Source: an uncultured Clostridia bacterium (GTDB taxonomy: Bacteria; Bacillota; Clostridia; UMGS1883). Taken from it: DNA of 64,000 bases. The notes below the pieces were generated by a model. That model searched no databases, had not been told where the DNA came from, and saw only the letters and a program-made list of their open reading frames with translations. Positions within the stretch are counted from its first letter, which is position 1; every line of letters starts with the position of its first letter. The position numbers and the translations under genes are program-made. Shown here in pieces: positions 35,245 through 45,766 of this stretch. The stretch covers positions 29,250 through 93,249 of the forward strand of contig CANQRB010000004.1 in assembly GCA_947626145.1 (NCBI GenBank), read 5' to 3'.

Positions 35245-36331
35245 TTATCTTCTTTCCTCCCAGTAAAAAATCCATGGCGCACAGAGCGGCGCAGCTCTCG
35301 ATGACCGGCACGGCCCGGGGCACGATGCAGGCGTCGTGACGGCCCTTTATCACCAATTCGGTATCTGTGGCGGTTTTAAAATTGACGGTGCTCTGGGGCC
35401 TTGAAATGGACGGAGTGGGCTTGACGGCCACACGGAAAACAACGGGCATGCCGTTGGTTATGCCGCCGTTTATACCGCCGTTATTGTTGGTTTTGGTTCT
35501 CACTCTGCCGCCGTCCATGTAAAACTCATCGTTGGCGGCGCTGCCGGTCATTTTCGTTATGCCGAAGCCCGCGCCGAACTCCACGCCCTTTACCGCCGGA
35601 ACGGCGTACAAAAGCTCCGCGAGGCGGCTTTCAAAGGCGCCGAAGATCGGATCACCCAGACCGGCTGGCAGACCGGCAATACTGCATTCGATCACTCCGC
35701 CAACGCTGTCGAGGCTGTTTTTTGCCTCCATGGCACGGTCGTACATCAGCCTGCCTTTTTCGTCGCTGAAGGTGGGAAAGAGCTTGTCCTTGACGGCCTT
35801 CGCCTGTTCATAGGTCAGGGTTTCGATGTCCGGCCCCTCGTCCTCTATATCCATTATGCTTTTGATGTGTACGGCACAGTAAATGCCCCGCCCCTCCAAA
35901 AAGCCCGTGGCAAGCCCGCCGGCGAACACAATCGGAGCCGTGAGCCGTCCGGAGAAGTGGCCGCCGCCCCGATAATCGTTATTGCCGCCGTAGCGCACAA
36001 AGCCCGAATAGTCGGCGTGACCGGGACGGGCGTTCTCGGCAAGATTGGAATAGTCGGCGCTGTGCTGATCGCTGTTGTATATGACAAAGGCCAGCGGCGT
36101 ACCGGTGGTTTTGCCGTTAAAAACTCCGCTGAGTATCTCGGGCCTGTCCGGCTCCTTCCGGGCGGTGGTGATGGCGCTCATACCGGTGGCGCGGCGGGCC
36201 AGCATACGTTCTATCCCTTCCGTATCCACGGGGATGCCGGCGGGCAGGTCGTCAATGACGCCGCCGATGCCGCGGCTGTGGGACTCGCCGAAAACCGTCA
36301 GCTTAAAGTTCTTTCCCCAATACGAGCTCAT
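35237..36331 (-). CDS. aroC: Chorismate synthase
   Basis: FGESHSRGIGGVIDDLPAG, RPGHADY and GGGHFSGR. Confidence 0.93.
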   Translation of the reverse strand: MSSYWGKNFKLTVFGESHSRGIGGVIDDLPAGIPVDTEGIERMLARRATGMSAITTARKEPDRPEILSGVFNGKTTGTPLAFVIYNSDQHSADYSNLAENARPGHADYSGFVRYGGNNDYRGGGHFSGRLTAPIVFAGGLATGFLEGRGIYCAVHIKSIMDIEDEGPDIETLTYEQAKAVKDKLFPTFSDEKGRLMYDRAMEAKNSLDSVGGVIECSIAGLPAGLGDPIFGAFESRLAELLYAVPAVKGVEFGAGFGITKMTGSAANDEFYMDGGRVRTKTNNNGGINGGITNGMPVVFRVAVKPTPSISRPQSTVNFKTATDTELVIKGRHDACIVPRAVPVIESCAALCAMDFLLGGKKIND

Positions 36332-37500
36332 CTTATTTTACCTCCAAGCCTTTCAAATCTTTCCCAGAAATCGGGCATACTCTTGTTCACGCACTCGGCC
36401 CCGTCTATGACCAATTCGCCCTCCACATGGGGCGAAAGCGCGGCCAGAGCCATGGCGATGCGGTGGTCGTTGTGGGAGCCGCACACCGCTCCGCGCAGAG
36501 GTCTGCCGCCGCGAATGACAAGGCAGTCCTCCCCCTCTTCCACGTCCGCCCCAAGGCGGCGCAGCTCCTGAGTTATGGCGGCGAGGCGGTCGCTTTCCTT
36601 GATGCGCAGGCGGCCGGCGTTGACTATTCGGCTTTCGCCGGGGACGGTCGCCATTACGCAGGCCAGAACCGGCACAAAGTCGGGTATCTGGCCCACATCG
36701 ACCACGGCGGGAACAGCGGCGGTACCGTTTGTTGAATATCCGCCGTCAATCTCGTTTATCTCCATGCCCATCCGGCGGTATACCTCCACCGTGGCTCTGT
36801 CCCCCTGAATTGAGGCGGAGTTCAGGCCAAGGCAGTTTATCCGGCCCATAGCCATAAAAAAGCCCGCCTGAGAAAAGTCGCCCTCAACAGTGTATTCGGC
36901 GGGGCGATATTTTTGCCCCCCGCTTACGTAATATCCGTATTCCGTATTTTCTATTTTTATCCCGAATTTCTCAAGGACCTCTATCGTCATATCCACATAG
37001 CCTTTGGACTGGAGTCCGGTGGTAAGGATTATGCGGCTGTCCCCCTCAAGCAGCGGCAGGGCCAGCAACAGGCCGGTGATAAACTGGCTGCTTACGTCCC
37101 CCCGAAGCCTGTAATCCCCGGGCCTGAGCCTACCCTCGGCCCTGAGGACGGAATTTTCCGTTTTGTATTTTATGTTCTGTTCCTCAAAAATGCGGAAATA
37201 GTCGTCCAGCGGCCGCTCCATGAGCCGCCGGGAGCCCTTTATCTCCAGCCTGCCGTTGAGGGCCAGAGCGAGAGGTATCATAAAGCGCAGGGTGGAGCCG
37301 GACTCGTTCGCGTCCATGACGGCCCCTGTTTTTAGGGCTTCCATGCACTGCTTTGTTGCCCTGATGTCATCGCTGTCGCCAAGGTTCAGAGCCTGTCCGC
37401 CGCCCAGCCCGGCGCAGATAAGCGCCCGATGACTGTAGCTCTTCGACGGAGGCATGACCATCGTGCCGGACAGGGGCGAGGGGGTTATTGTGACCTTCAT
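36328..37500 (-). CDS. aroA: 3-phosphoshikimate 1-carboxyvinyltransferase (EPSP synthase)
   Basis: PPSKSYSHRALICAGL and RIKESDRLAAI. Confidence 0.93.
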   Translation of the reverse strand: MKVTITPSPLSGTMVMPPSKSYSHRALICAGLGGGQALNLGDSDDIRATKQCMEALKTGAVMDANESGSTLRFMIPLALALNGRLEIKGSRRLMERPLDDYFRIFEEQNIKYKTENSVLRAEGRLRPGDYRLRGDVSSQFITGLLLALPLLEGDSRIILTTGLQSKGYVDMTIEVLEKFGIKIENTEYGYYVSGGQKYRPAEYTVEGDFSQAGFFMAMGRINCLGLNSASIQGDRATVEVYRRMGMEINEIDGGYSTNGTAAVPAVVDVGQIPDFVPVLACVMATVPGESRIVNAGRLRIKESDRLAAITQELRRLGADVEEGEDCLVIRGGRPLRGAVCGSHNDHRIAMALAALSPHVEGELVIDGAECVNKSMPDFWERFERLGGKIR

Positions 37501-38549
37501 GCCCCATCCCCCCTGACTATGTCATTAAGAACGGATTTGTGTACCTTCATGTAATAGCCCTCTCCCATCTCGTGAACCAGCACGATGCTCAGACTGTCGC
37601 CCTTGCGCTTTTTGTCGTGAACGGCAGCGGAGGCCAGCTCGGCCCGGTGTTCGCAGTCGGTGGGAAGGCCGTATTTTTTGTTAAGGGCTTTTATGATGTC
37701 GAGGGTTCCGGCCTTGGTGTACCCCATCTTTTCGGCGTACTCGGTCATGATGCACATACCGATGGCCACGGCGGCCCCGTGGCTAAGGGTTCCGTAACCG
37801 TAGTAATTTTCCACGGCGTGGCCTATCGTGTGTCCGAAATTGAGGAGCATACGTTCGCCGGTGTCCCGCTCGTCATTCATCACTATTTCGGCCTTTATCT
37901 CGCAGCACCGGGCCACGACATCGGCCAGATCATAATCGCCGGAAAGGAGGGCCTCGCCCATCTTCTTATCCCTGATGGCGGCGTATTTGATTATTTCCGC
38001 CATGCCGCAGGCCACCTCGCGTTCGGGCAGGGTTTTGAGGGTGTCCATATCAATTATGACCGCGGAGGGCTGATAAAACGTGCCCACAAGGTTCTTGCCT
38101 ACAGGGAGATTGACGGCGGTCTTGCCGCCGACGGAGCTGTCCACCTGACTCAGCAGCGTTGTAGGCACCTGCACAAGGGTCACGCCCCGGAGCACCGTGG
38201 AAGCCACGAAGCCCGCCAAGTCCCCCACAACTCCGCCGCCAAGGGCGATAACGCAGTCCGTGCGGGAAAAGTCGTTTTCCAGTATCTCGCCGCAGACCCG
38301 CTCAAAGACGGAGATGCTCTTGCTGTTCTCCCCAGCCTCCACCACTACCTTAAACGGATTTGCTCCGGCGGCGGTGAGCTGGGCCTCCAGCGCGGAATAA
38401 TAAAGGGGCTCCACATTGGTGTCGGTTATCACGGCGGCTTTTCTGCCCTTTACTATCGGCTCGAGGATTGAGGCGCAGCCCTTCAGCAGCCCGCTCTCAA
38501 TATAGATTTTATATTCCCTGCCGGGAATGTTAACGTCAATGGTACGCAT
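37497..38549 (-). CDS. aroB: 3-dehydroquinate synthase
   Basis: ALGGGVVGDLAGFVAS, VDSSVGGKTAVN and NFGHTIGHA. Confidence 0.93.
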   Translation of the reverse strand: MRTIDVNIPGREYKIYIESGLLKGCASILEPIVKGRKAAVITDTNVEPLYYSALEAQLTAAGANPFKVVVEAGENSKSISVFERVCGEILENDFSRTDCVIALGGGVVGDLAGFVASTVLRGVTLVQVPTTLLSQVDSSVGGKTAVNLPVGKNLVGTFYQPSAVIIDMDTLKTLPEREVACGMAEIIKYAAIRDKKMGEALLSGDYDLADVVARCCEIKAEIVMNDERDTGERMLLNFGHTIGHAVENYYGYGTLSHGAAVAIGMCIMTEYAEKMGYTKAGTLDIIKALNKKYGLPTDCEHRAELASAAVHDKKRKGDSLSIVLVHEMGEGYYMKVHKSVLNDIVRGDGA

Positions 38550-38578
38550 TACATCAGATCCTTACAGTATGATATACT

Positions 38579-38607
38579 ATTTTACTATAATTTTGGTTTT
38601 TTGTCAA
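38579..38607 (-). promoter_or_regulatory. Promoter of the aroB-aroA-aroC-pheA operon
   Basis: On the minus strand: TTGACA, a 17-nt spacer, then TAAAAT. Confidence 0.7.
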
Positions 38608-38645
38608 TAGAAAAAGGGGCCGCAATTCTGCGACAAAAAAATCTA

Positions 38646-38674
38646 TTGCATTTTTCGGAAATATGTGATAGAAT
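38646..38674 (+). promoter_or_regulatory. Promoter of the YihY-family gene
   Basis: TTGCAT, a 17-nt spacer, then TAGAAT with an upstream TGa. Confidence 0.65.
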
Positions 38675-38709
38675 GTTAATGTACTGATTTTTCCAAAGGT
38701 GGCGGATGC

Positions 38710-39612
38710 GTGAAAACTCTGAGAGCTTTAAGAGATATAATACTCAGCGGGGCCAACAAGCTGGCCCACGACAGCATAGGGGCCTACTCGGCGCAGGCGG
38801 CCTTCTTTCTGCTTACCTCTCTTTTCCCGTTCATAATGCTGCTGCTGTCCCTTTTGCAGTTCTTCCCCTTCGAAATGGAGGATCTGATAAGCGCCGCCAC
38901 CGGCGTCATGCCCGACGCCATAAAGGGCTTTCTTGTGCCGGTAATAACCGAAATATACGAAAAGGGCACTCCCGCCCTCATTTCAGTGGCCGCCATTACC
39001 ACCCTGTGGTCCGCGTCCACGGGGGTAAACGCTGTCGTCCGCGGCCTGAGCCGTATCTTCGACACCGACAAAACCGAAACATGGATAAGGCTGAGGCTGG
39101 AATCCATAGTCTATATGCTCTGCCTCATCATAGTTATCATTCTGTCCCTGGGCCTGTCGGTGTTCGGCAGCTCCTTCATGGGGAAAATACTGGAGTTTTT
39201 CCCCGCCCTGAACAAGCTCGGCTTTCTCTCCCAGGGGGTGCGGCTGGTGTGCAGCTTTTCACTGCTTACGCTGATTTTTGACCTTGTGTACATCTTCGCC
39301 CCGCTGCGCAAGAGCCGGTTCACGGCCCAGCTCCCCGGAGCCATCGTGGCCGCCGTGGGCTGGATGGGATTTTCCTTTCTTTACTCCTTCTATGTTGACA
39401 ATCTGGCCAACTTCAGCGTTTACGGCAGCCTTGCGGCGGTAGTTTTCTTTATGCTGTGGATGTACGTATGCTTCTACATACTCTTTATCGGGGCGGAGAT
39501 CAACGTGTTCATCAACGTCCTGCTAAACCGGCTCAAAGCCCTGCGCCGCCCCGAATCCGAAAGCAAAAATTCCGTCAAAAAGAAAGCAGAAGAGTCTGAA
39601 GCTCGTCCATAG
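38710..39612 (+). CDS. YihY/BrkB-family membrane protein
   Basis: 300 aa, GTG start, six TM segments. The family-typical N-terminus is DSIGAYSAQAAFFLLTSLFP. Confidence 0.8.
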   Translation: MKTLRALRDIILSGANKLAHDSIGAYSAQAAFFLLTSLFPFIMLLLSLLQFFPFEMEDLISAATGVMPDAIKGFLVPVITEIYEKGTPALISVAAITTLWSASTGVNAVVRGLSRIFDTDKTETWIRLRLESIVYMLCLIIVIILSLGLSVFGSSFMGKILEFFPALNKLGFLSQGVRLVCSFSLLTLIFDLVYIFAPLRKSRFTAQLPGAIVAAVGWMGFSFLYSFYVDNLANFSVYGSLAAVVFFMLWMYVCFYILFIGAEINVFINVLLNRLKALRRPESESKNSVKKKAEESEARP

Positions 39613-40219
39613 TGCCGACCGTCCACCGGGCGCCGGCGGCCTCCAGCTCGCCCTCGGCGGCGTAGCCGAAGCCCACGCCCACGGCGCTCACTCCGTTGGC
39701 GGCCGCGCCCAGCACGTCGTGCTCCCGATCTCCTATCATGACGGCCTGCTCCGGAGCGGCCCCCAGCCTTTTCAGAACCTCGGCCACCACCTGAGCCTTG
39801 TCGGTCAGCCGGCCGTCCAGCTCGCTGCCCACTATCAAATCAAGGTACGGCGCAAGGCCGTACTTTTTTACTATCCGCTCGGCGAAGACCTGGGGCTTGC
39901 TGGTGGCGAGGGCAAGGGTTTTTCCGACGGCCTTCAGCTCCCTCAGCAGCTCAACGGCCCCGTCGTAGACCCGATTTTCGAATATGCCGACAGGCGCGAA
40001 GCGCTCCCGGTAGACCGTCACCGCCTCCTCCGCCTGCTCAGGGGTGAAGCCGCAGTAACGCATGAACTGCTCCTTGAGCGGCGGGCCGATAAAGCACACC
40101 AGCTCACCGCAGTCCCGTTCGATGCCGAAGCGGCGCAGGGCGTACTGAACGCATTTGGTTATGCCTTCTTTCGGGTCGGTGAGGGTGCCGTCAAGGTCGA
40201 AAAGAAAATATTTTATCAT
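39575..40219 (-). CDS. HAD-superfamily hydrolase (phosphoglycolate-phosphatase-like)
   Basis: Motif I FDLDGTLTD, motif II ATSK, motif IV GDREHD. Confidence 0.85.
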   Translation of the reverse strand: MIKYFLFDLDGTLTDPKEGITKCVQYALRRFGIERDCGELVCFIGPPLKEQFMRYCGFTPEQAEEAVTVYRERFAPVGIFENRVYDGAVELLRELKAVGKTLALATSKPQVFAERIVKKYGLAPYLDLIVGSELDGRLTDKAQVVAEVLKRLGAAPEQAVMIGDREHDVLGAAANGVSAVGVGFGYAAEGELEAAGARWTVGTMDELQTLLLSF

Positions 40220-40560
40220 TTGCAGCCACCGCAGGGCTTAAAAAACTCTTTAATGTTGACCGCAAGCCCGTTTTCTCCGTCCTTAAAGCCCAGCAGATAA
40301 AGGGCGGGGAACATGGTCTCATTTTTGCAGAAGCCGGTCTCAACGCCATTCAGATCAAGATGGTTCAGAGCCGCGCGGATCAAAAGCTCAAAAACGCCGT
40401 CCCTGTCCACAACGTACAGCAGCTCGCCGGTCTCCTTAAAGGCGCACCAACCCTTACAGTCCGGCCCCTCCTGAGCCCAGGCCACGCGCATATCCTCATC
40501 CGGATCGGGGTGAATGGACGCTATTACCTGTTTATTGTCAAAAATTACTACCTTTATCAC
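40216..40560 (-). CDS. Small hypothetical protein (about 114 aa)
   Basis: GTG 40560 overlaps the rluB-like stop (GTGA). The longer ORF-track version would overlap the upstream gene by 58 nt. No family was recognised. Confidence 0.5.
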   Translation of the reverse strand: MIKVVIFDNKQVIASIHPDPDEDMRVAWAQEGPDCKGWCAFKETGELLYVVDRDGVFELLIRAALNHLDLNGVETGFCKNETMFPALYLLGFKDGENGLAVNIKEFFKPCGGCK

Positions 40561-41264
40561 TTTTTCCGCCGTCCCTTCAGCTTGTTTATCTCGGCGTCGT
40601 TGAGGTGCCGCCACTTGCCCTCGGGCAGATTGCCGAGGGTCACGCCGCCCACGGCTATGCGCTTAAGGCTCAGAACCTCAGCGCCCACGGCCTCCAGCAT
40701 CTTGCGAACCTGACGGTTGCGGCCCTCGTGAATGGTTATTTTTACCTCGGGGAGCCTGCCGTGGAGCTGTTCCACTCCGGCCGGCGCGGTAAGGCGGCCG
40801 TCGATTTCCACTCCCTTGCGGAGCGCGGCCTCCTCGCTCTTGTCCAAAGGACGGTTGACACGGGCGATATAGACCTTGTCCACCGAATGGCTGGGGTGTG
40901 TGACCTGATTGGCAAAGGCCCCGTCGTTTGTCATGATCAGCAGACCCGAGGTGTCGAAGTCCAGCCGTCCCACCGGGTAAATGCGGGCGTCAATGTCCCC
41001 GACCAGCTCCATCACGGTGGGGCGGCCAAGGTCGTCGCTGACCGTGGTGACGTAATTTTTTGGCTTATTCAGGGCTATATAGTACAGCTTTTTCTCGGGG
41101 GTTATGACCTTGCCGTCAACGCTGACCTCGTCTCCCTCCCCCACCTCGCAGCCCATATAGTCCACCAGACTGCCGTTGACCTGCACCCGTCCGCTTTCGA
41201 TGAGCCGTTCCGCCGCTCTGCGGGAGGCCACGCCGCACATGGCGATATATTTTTGCAAACGCAT
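40557..41264 (-). CDS. rluB: Pseudouridine synthase, RsuA/RluB family
   Basis: An S4 domain (RLQKYIAMCGVASRRAAERLI) and the catalytic motif GRLDFDTSGLL. Confidence 0.88.
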   Translation of the reverse strand: MRLQKYIAMCGVASRRAAERLIESGRVQVNGSLVDYMGCEVGEGDEVSVDGKVITPEKKLYYIALNKPKNYVTTVSDDLGRPTVMELVGDIDARIYPVGRLDFDTSGLLIMTNDGAFANQVTHPSHSVDKVYIARVNRPLDKSEEAALRKGVEIDGRLTAPAGVEQLHGRLPEVKITIHEGRNRQVRKMLEAVGAEVLSLKRIAVGGVTLGNLPEGKWRHLNDAEINKLKGRRKK

Positions 41265-42365
41265 TTACATCAGTTCCTTCGCTATTTTTATCAGATTGTC
41301 CAGGAAGCCCTCTTCCTCCTCAATGTCACGGTCGGCCAGCAGATCCACCCCGCCCAGGAACTCTCCCTCGCAGAACATATAGAGCCGGGCCAGCTTTTGG
41401 CCTTTTTTTATGGGCAGTGTCATGTCGCCGGCCTCGGTGCGGTACTCCACGGCCCAAAGCTCGGCTCCGGTCAGTGAGGTGACAAAATCCCCGGCGCATA
41501 CCAGCCCCAGCTCGGAGCTGTCGAGGGTCACCGTCTCCCAAAGCTGGCCCGCCTTGGTGAGGGCGGCCGTTTCATAGTCGCCGAAGCCGTAATCCAGCAG
41601 CCGGGCATGATCCTGCCAGTCGTCGGGGGCGTTGAGAGTCACGGCCACAAGCTCGCGTCCGTCCCGAAGGGCCGAGGAAACAAGGCATCGGCCCGCCTTT
41701 TTGGTGAAGCCGGTCTTGACGCCGGTGCAGCCCTCGTACTGCCAAAGCAGCTTGTTATGATTTTTCAGGCTCCTGTCCCACTCGTGGCCGCTCCAAGGTA
41801 TATTTTTCTGCTTTGTGCCCGCTATTTCTCTGAATTTCGGCAACGTCATGGCATGGCGGGCCAGAACCGCCATATCATAGGCGGTGGTGTAATGGCCGTC
41901 GCCGTCCAGACCGTTCGGCGTCTCGAAGCCGGTGTTATACATTCCCAGCTCCTTCGCCTGGGCGTTCATCAAAGCGACAAAGGCGTCGACGCTTCCGGCG
42001 GTGTGCTCGGCAAGGGCAACGGCGGCGTCGTTGCCGCTGTTCAGCATAAGGCCGTACAGCAGCTGCTCCACCGTGAGCTGCTCACCGGCGGCAAGCCATA
42101 TCGACGAGCCCTCAACTCCCGAGGCCACGGGACTGACCGTGACAACGTCGGCCATGGAGCAGTTTTCTATGGCGAGGACGGCCGTCATGATTTTTGTGGT
42201 GCTGGCCATAGGCAGACGCTCGAAGCCGTTTTTCTCGTACAACAGCCGGCCCGAGGCGGCGTCCATGAGCACGGCACTGCGGGCGGAAAGGCCCTCCGGC
42301 GCCTGAGCGTGAGCCGCGGCCGTAAGAAATATTACCGTAAAGATAATTGCCGTCAGTTTTTTCAT
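41265..42365 (-). CDS. D-alanyl-D-alanine carboxypeptidase (S11, PBP5-like)
   Basis: Signal peptide, SxxK (ASTTKIM), SxN (NSGND) and KTG (VKTGFT). Confidence 0.9.
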   Translation of the reverse strand: MKKLTAIIFTVIFLTAAAHAQAPEGLSARSAVLMDAASGRLLYEKNGFERLPMASTTKIMTAVLAIENCSMADVVTVSPVASGVEGSSIWLAAGEQLTVEQLLYGLMLNSGNDAAVALAEHTAGSVDAFVALMNAQAKELGMYNTGFETPNGLDGDGHYTTAYDMAVLARHAMTLPKFREIAGTKQKNIPWSGHEWDRSLKNHNKLLWQYEGCTGVKTGFTKKAGRCLVSSALRDGRELVAVTLNAPDDWQDHARLLDYGFGDYETAALTKAGQLWETVTLDSSELGLVCAGDFVTSLTGAELWAVEYRTEAGDMTLPIKKGQKLARLYMFCEGEFLGGVDLLADRDIEEEEGFLDNLIKIAKELM

Positions 42366-42419
42366 ACCCTTATCCCCTTCACAAAATGCTACTATCATTT
42401 TATGAGGGCTTGTTCGGTT

Positions 42420-43799
42420 TTATTTAAGATTTTCCAGAGTCTCCTTCGCCGCCGCGATGGATTTTGCCACAGCCGACGGAGCCGGCCCGCCGGTGACGGT
42501 GCGGCCGTTCACACAGGTCTCAAGGCTTATTTCCCCGTAAATGTCCTCGCCGATGAGGGGGCTGCACTCCCTCAGCTCCTCAAGGCTCAGCTCATCGATG
42601 CCGACGCCCTTCTTTTCGGCGACAAGCACCATATGTCCCACCACGGCGTGGGCCTCACGGAAGGGCAGGCCGTGCTTCACAAGGTAGTCGGCCACATCGG
42701 TGGCGTTGGTAAAGCCGCCGTTGGCGCCCCTGTACATATTTTCGCCGTTTATCTTCATTGTCGCCACCATGCGGGTGAACACCGGCAGGCAGAGCTTAAC
42801 CGTGTCTATGGCGTCGAACAGAGCTTCCTTGTCCTCCTGCATATCCTTGTTATAAGCCAGAGGCAGACCCTTCATCACCGTGAGCAGGGCCGTCAGATCC
42901 CCGTAGACCCGTCCGGTCTTGCCACGTATCAGCTCGGCAAAATCCGGATTTTTCTTCTGGGGCATGATGGAGCTGCCGGTGCTGTAGGCGTCGTCCATGG
43001 TGACGAAGCGGAACTCGTTGCTGCTCCAAAGTATAAGCTCCTCGCAGAACCGTGAAAGGTGCATCATTATCACCGAGCAGTCAAACATGGTCTCCAGAGC
43101 AAAGTCCCTGTCGGACACTCCGTCCAGAGAGTTCATGGTTATCGCCGAAAAGCCCAGCTTCTCCGCCACAAATTCCCTGTCAAGGGGGTAAGTAGTGCCG
43201 GCCAGAGCCCCGCTGCCAAGAGGCATAACGTCGGTGCGTTCATAGCAGTCGCCCAGCCTGTCCATATCCCGCAGGAACATATTCACATAGGCCATGAGGT
43301 GGTGGGCCAGGGTGATGGGCTGAGCCTTTTGAAGGTGGGTATAGCCGGGCATAATAGTGCTGAGGTTTTCCCCGGCCAACTTGATAAGCGTTTCGACAAG
43401 CTCCGCCAGCATGGCTTTGATTTCGTTTATAGCGTCCTTGGTGTACATTCTCACGTCCAGCGCCACCTGATCGTTACGGCTGCGGCCGGTGTGGAGGCGT
43501 TTGCCCGCCTCGCCTATACGGTCGGTGAGGATTTTCTCTATATTCATATGGATGTCCTCGGCGTCAACGAGGAACTCCACCTTTCCGGCCTCGATGTCCT
43601 CAAGTATACCGCCGAGGGCCTCGACTATCCGGCGGCTGTCCTCCCCGGGGATTATACCCTGACGGCCCAGCATCTCGGCGTGGGCCATGGAACCCATTAT
43701 ATCCTGACGGTACATCCTTTGGTCAAAGCGTATTGACGACTGAAAGTCGTTGGCCTGAGCGTCGGTGGCCTTTTCAAAGCGTCCGCCCCAAAGCTTCAT
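42420..43799 (-). CDS. argH: Argininosuccinate lyase
   Basis: [18 protein letters not shown] and [12 protein letters not shown]. Confidence 0.95.
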   Translation of the reverse strand: MKLWGGRFEKATDAQANDFQSSIRFDQRMYRQDIMGSMAHAEMLGRQGIIPGEDSRRIVEALGGILEDIEAGKVEFLVDAEDIHMNIEKILTDRIGEAGKRLHTGRSRNDQVALDVRMYTKDAINEIKAMLAELVETLIKLAGENLSTIMPGYTHLQKAQPITLAHHLMAYVNMFLRDMDRLGDCYERTDVMPLGSGALAGTTYPLDREFVAEKLGFSAITMNSLDGVSDRDFALETMFDCSVIMMHLSRFCEELILWSSNEFRFVTMDDAYSTGSSIMPQKKNPDFAELIRGKTGRVYGDLTALLTVMKGLPLAYNKDMQEDKEALFDAIDTVKLCLPVFTRMVATMKINGENMYRGANGGFTNATDVADYLVKHGLPFREAHAVVGHMVLVAEKKGVGIDELSLEELRECSPLIGEDIYGEISLETCVNGRTVTGGPAPSAVAKSIAAAKETLENLK

Positions 43800-43864
43800 A
43801 AAAATTTCCCCTTTGCTGCAACTCCCCGGCACGTGTGCGCCGGGGAGTGATGATATTTATTTGT

Positions 43865-45082
43865 TTATTTGTTTTCCTGATTTTGCTTCATGAGCGCGCG
43901 AACCTTGAGGGGCAGGCCGAACAGGTTGATGAAGCCCTCGGAATCCTTATGGCTGTAAAGCTCGTGGCTGTCGCCGAAGCTGGCGATGGTCTCGTTATAA
44001 AGAGAATAGGGGCTCCTGGCGCCGGCGGAGGAAATGCCGCCCTTATAAAGCTTGAGGCGCACCTCGCCGGTGACGGTCTCCTGAGTGCTGTCCACAAAGG
44101 CGGAAATAGCCTCACGGAGAGGGGTGTACCATTTGCCGTCGTAAACCAGCTCGGCAAGCTTGATGGCCACATGACGCTTGAAGGCCTGAGTGTCACGGTC
44201 AAGGCAGAGGTACTCCAGCTCGTTGTGAGCGTAGTAAAGTATCGTGCCGCCGGGGGTCTCGTAGACGCCGCGGCTCTTCATGCCCACAAGACGGTCCTCA
44301 ACTATGTCGGCTATGCCGATGCCGTAGGCGCCGCCTATCTCGTTGAGCTTTTCCACAAGAGCTCTGGGGGCCATTTTTTCACCGTCAAGGGAAACGGCCT
44401 CGCCCTTTTCAAAGCCTATGGTGATATACTTGGGCTCGTCAGGGGTCTTCTCCGGCGGAACGGTGAGCTTGAGCAGATTGTCAAGCTGAGGCTCGTTGGC
44501 GGGATCCTCAAGATCCATGCCCTCGTGGCTGATGTGCCAGATGTTGCGGTCGCGGGAGTAGAGATCCTTCTTGGTAACGGGAACCTGAATGTGATGGGCC
44601 TCGGCGTAGTCCACCGCGTCCTCACGGGACTTGATGTCCCAAATTCTCCAGGGAGCGATTATCTTCAGCTGAGGAGCGAGGGCCTTGATGGTCAGCTCAA
44701 AGCGAACCTGATCGTTGCCCTTTCCGGTGGCGCCATGGCAGATAGCCGTGGCTCCCTCCGCCAGAGCTATCTCAACAAGTCTCTTGGCGATGATGGGGCG
44801 GGCGTGGCTGGTGCCAAGCAGGTACTTGCCCTCATAAACGGCCCCGGCCTTGACCACGGGATAAATGAAGTCCTCAACGTATTCGTCTCTCAGATCCTCA
44901 AGGTAGAGCTTGGAAGCGCCGGCCGCCTTGGCCCGCTGTTCAAGGCCCTCGGTCTCCTTGCCCTGTCCCACGTCGCCGCAGACGGCAATAACCTCGCAGC
45001 CCTCATAGTTCTCCTTGAGCCAGCTTATAATGATGGAGGTGTCAAGACCGCCGGAATAAGCCAGTACGATTTTTTCTGCCAT
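43865..45082 (-). CDS. argG: Argininosuccinate synthase
   Basis: [22 protein letters not shown] and the expected length. Confidence 0.95.
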   Translation of the reverse strand: MAEKIVLAYSGGLDTSIIISWLKENYEGCEVIAVCGDVGQGKETEGLEQRAKAAGASKLYLEDLRDEYVEDFIYPVVKAGAVYEGKYLLGTSHARPIIAKRLVEIALAEGATAICHGATGKGNDQVRFELTIKALAPQLKIIAPWRIWDIKSREDAVDYAEAHHIQVPVTKKDLYSRDRNIWHISHEGMDLEDPANEPQLDNLLKLTVPPEKTPDEPKYITIGFEKGEAVSLDGEKMAPRALVEKLNEIGGAYGIGIADIVEDRLVGMKSRGVYETPGGTILYYAHNELEYLCLDRDTQAFKRHVAIKLAELVYDGKWYTPLREAISAFVDSTQETVTGEVRLKLYKGGISSAGARSPYSLYNETIASFGDSHELYSHKDSEGFINLFGLPLKVRALMKQNQENK

Positions 45083-45117
45083 TGAAATTCCTCCTAAACA
45101 GTTTTTACGATGTAGTA

Positions 45118-45146
45118 ATTATACATCAAAATGCAAAATTATGCAA
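45118..45146 (-). promoter_or_regulatory. argG-argH promoter, possibly overlapped by an ARG-box-like repeat
   Basis: On the minus strand: TTGCAT, a 17-nt spacer, then TATAAT with an upstream TGt. TTGCATAATTTTGCAT contains a TGCAT-N6-TGCAT repeat. The ArgR/AhrC assignment is speculative. Confidence 0.6.
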
Positions 45147-45169
45147 TACCTTTTTATAAAATTTTTCGG

Positions 45170-45766
45170 CTATTTTAACAGCCCTTTTTGTATACCCTGA
45201 CATATTATCCAGTCGGCAAGGGCAGCGGTCTCGTCGTCCATGGCCGCCTTTACGGGTTCCATGCGCCTGTACACCTGCTCGGCACGGACGTTTCCCTTCT
45301 TCCATGTGTGGTAGTTGGTGAGGTGGTTGTTTATCAGGGGCTGGAGCCGGTCGATGGCGGCGGCGTAGGCCGCGTCGGGAGTGGCTTTTTCGTCAAATTC
45401 CTCCCACAGCAGGCGGTACTCCCGTCCCTGCTCCTCGGGCAAAAGGCCAAAGAGCCGGTCGGCGGCGGCCTTTTCACGGGCGACCTTGTCCCTGCCGGCC
45501 TCCTCGTCGTAGCAGAAGGTATCGCCGGCGTAGACCTCCACAAGGTCGTGTACAAGGGCCATTCTTATCACCATGTCAAGATCGATCTTATCCTTGTCCC
45601 GGGCGTGGTCAAAGAGGGTCAGGGCCATGAGGGCGAAATGCCAGGAATGCTCGGCGTCGGTCTCCTGACGGGAACCGTCGGCAATCAGGGTCTGACGCAG
45701 GACGTTTTTCATTTTGTCCGCCTCGACGAGGAAGCGGAGCTGCTTTTCATAATCCCCGCTTATCAC
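45170..45766 (-). CDS. HD-domain phosphohydrolase (YfbR-like)
   Basis: DAEHSWHFALMAL and LVHDLVEVYAGD. GTG 45766 overlaps the upstream stop (GTGA). Confidence 0.8.
   Translation of the reverse strand: MISGDYEKQLRFLVEADKMKNVLRQTLIADGSRQETDAEHSWHFALMALTLFDHARDKDKIDLDMVIRMALVHDLVEVYAGDTFCYDEEAGRDKVAREKAAADRLFGLLPEEQGREYRLLWEEFDEKATPDAAYAAAIDRLQPLINNHLTNYHTWKKGNVRAEQVYRRMEPVKAAMDDETAALADWIICQGIQKGLLK

Noticed and set aside
41607-43055. 482-aa plus-strand ORF. Similar long antisense ORFs are at 43835-45085, 45850-47118, 47477-48565, 48917-50584, 51474-53081, 56384-57424, 57610-58505, 60112-61254 and 61381-62262.
   Set aside because: All lie opposite strongly recognisable genes (DD-carboxypeptidase, argH, argG, the aminopeptidase, tsaD, tsaC, the kinase and regulator, alr, nnr and PBP1A). 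They have no RBS or motifs and show the skewed composition of GC-rich antisense frames.
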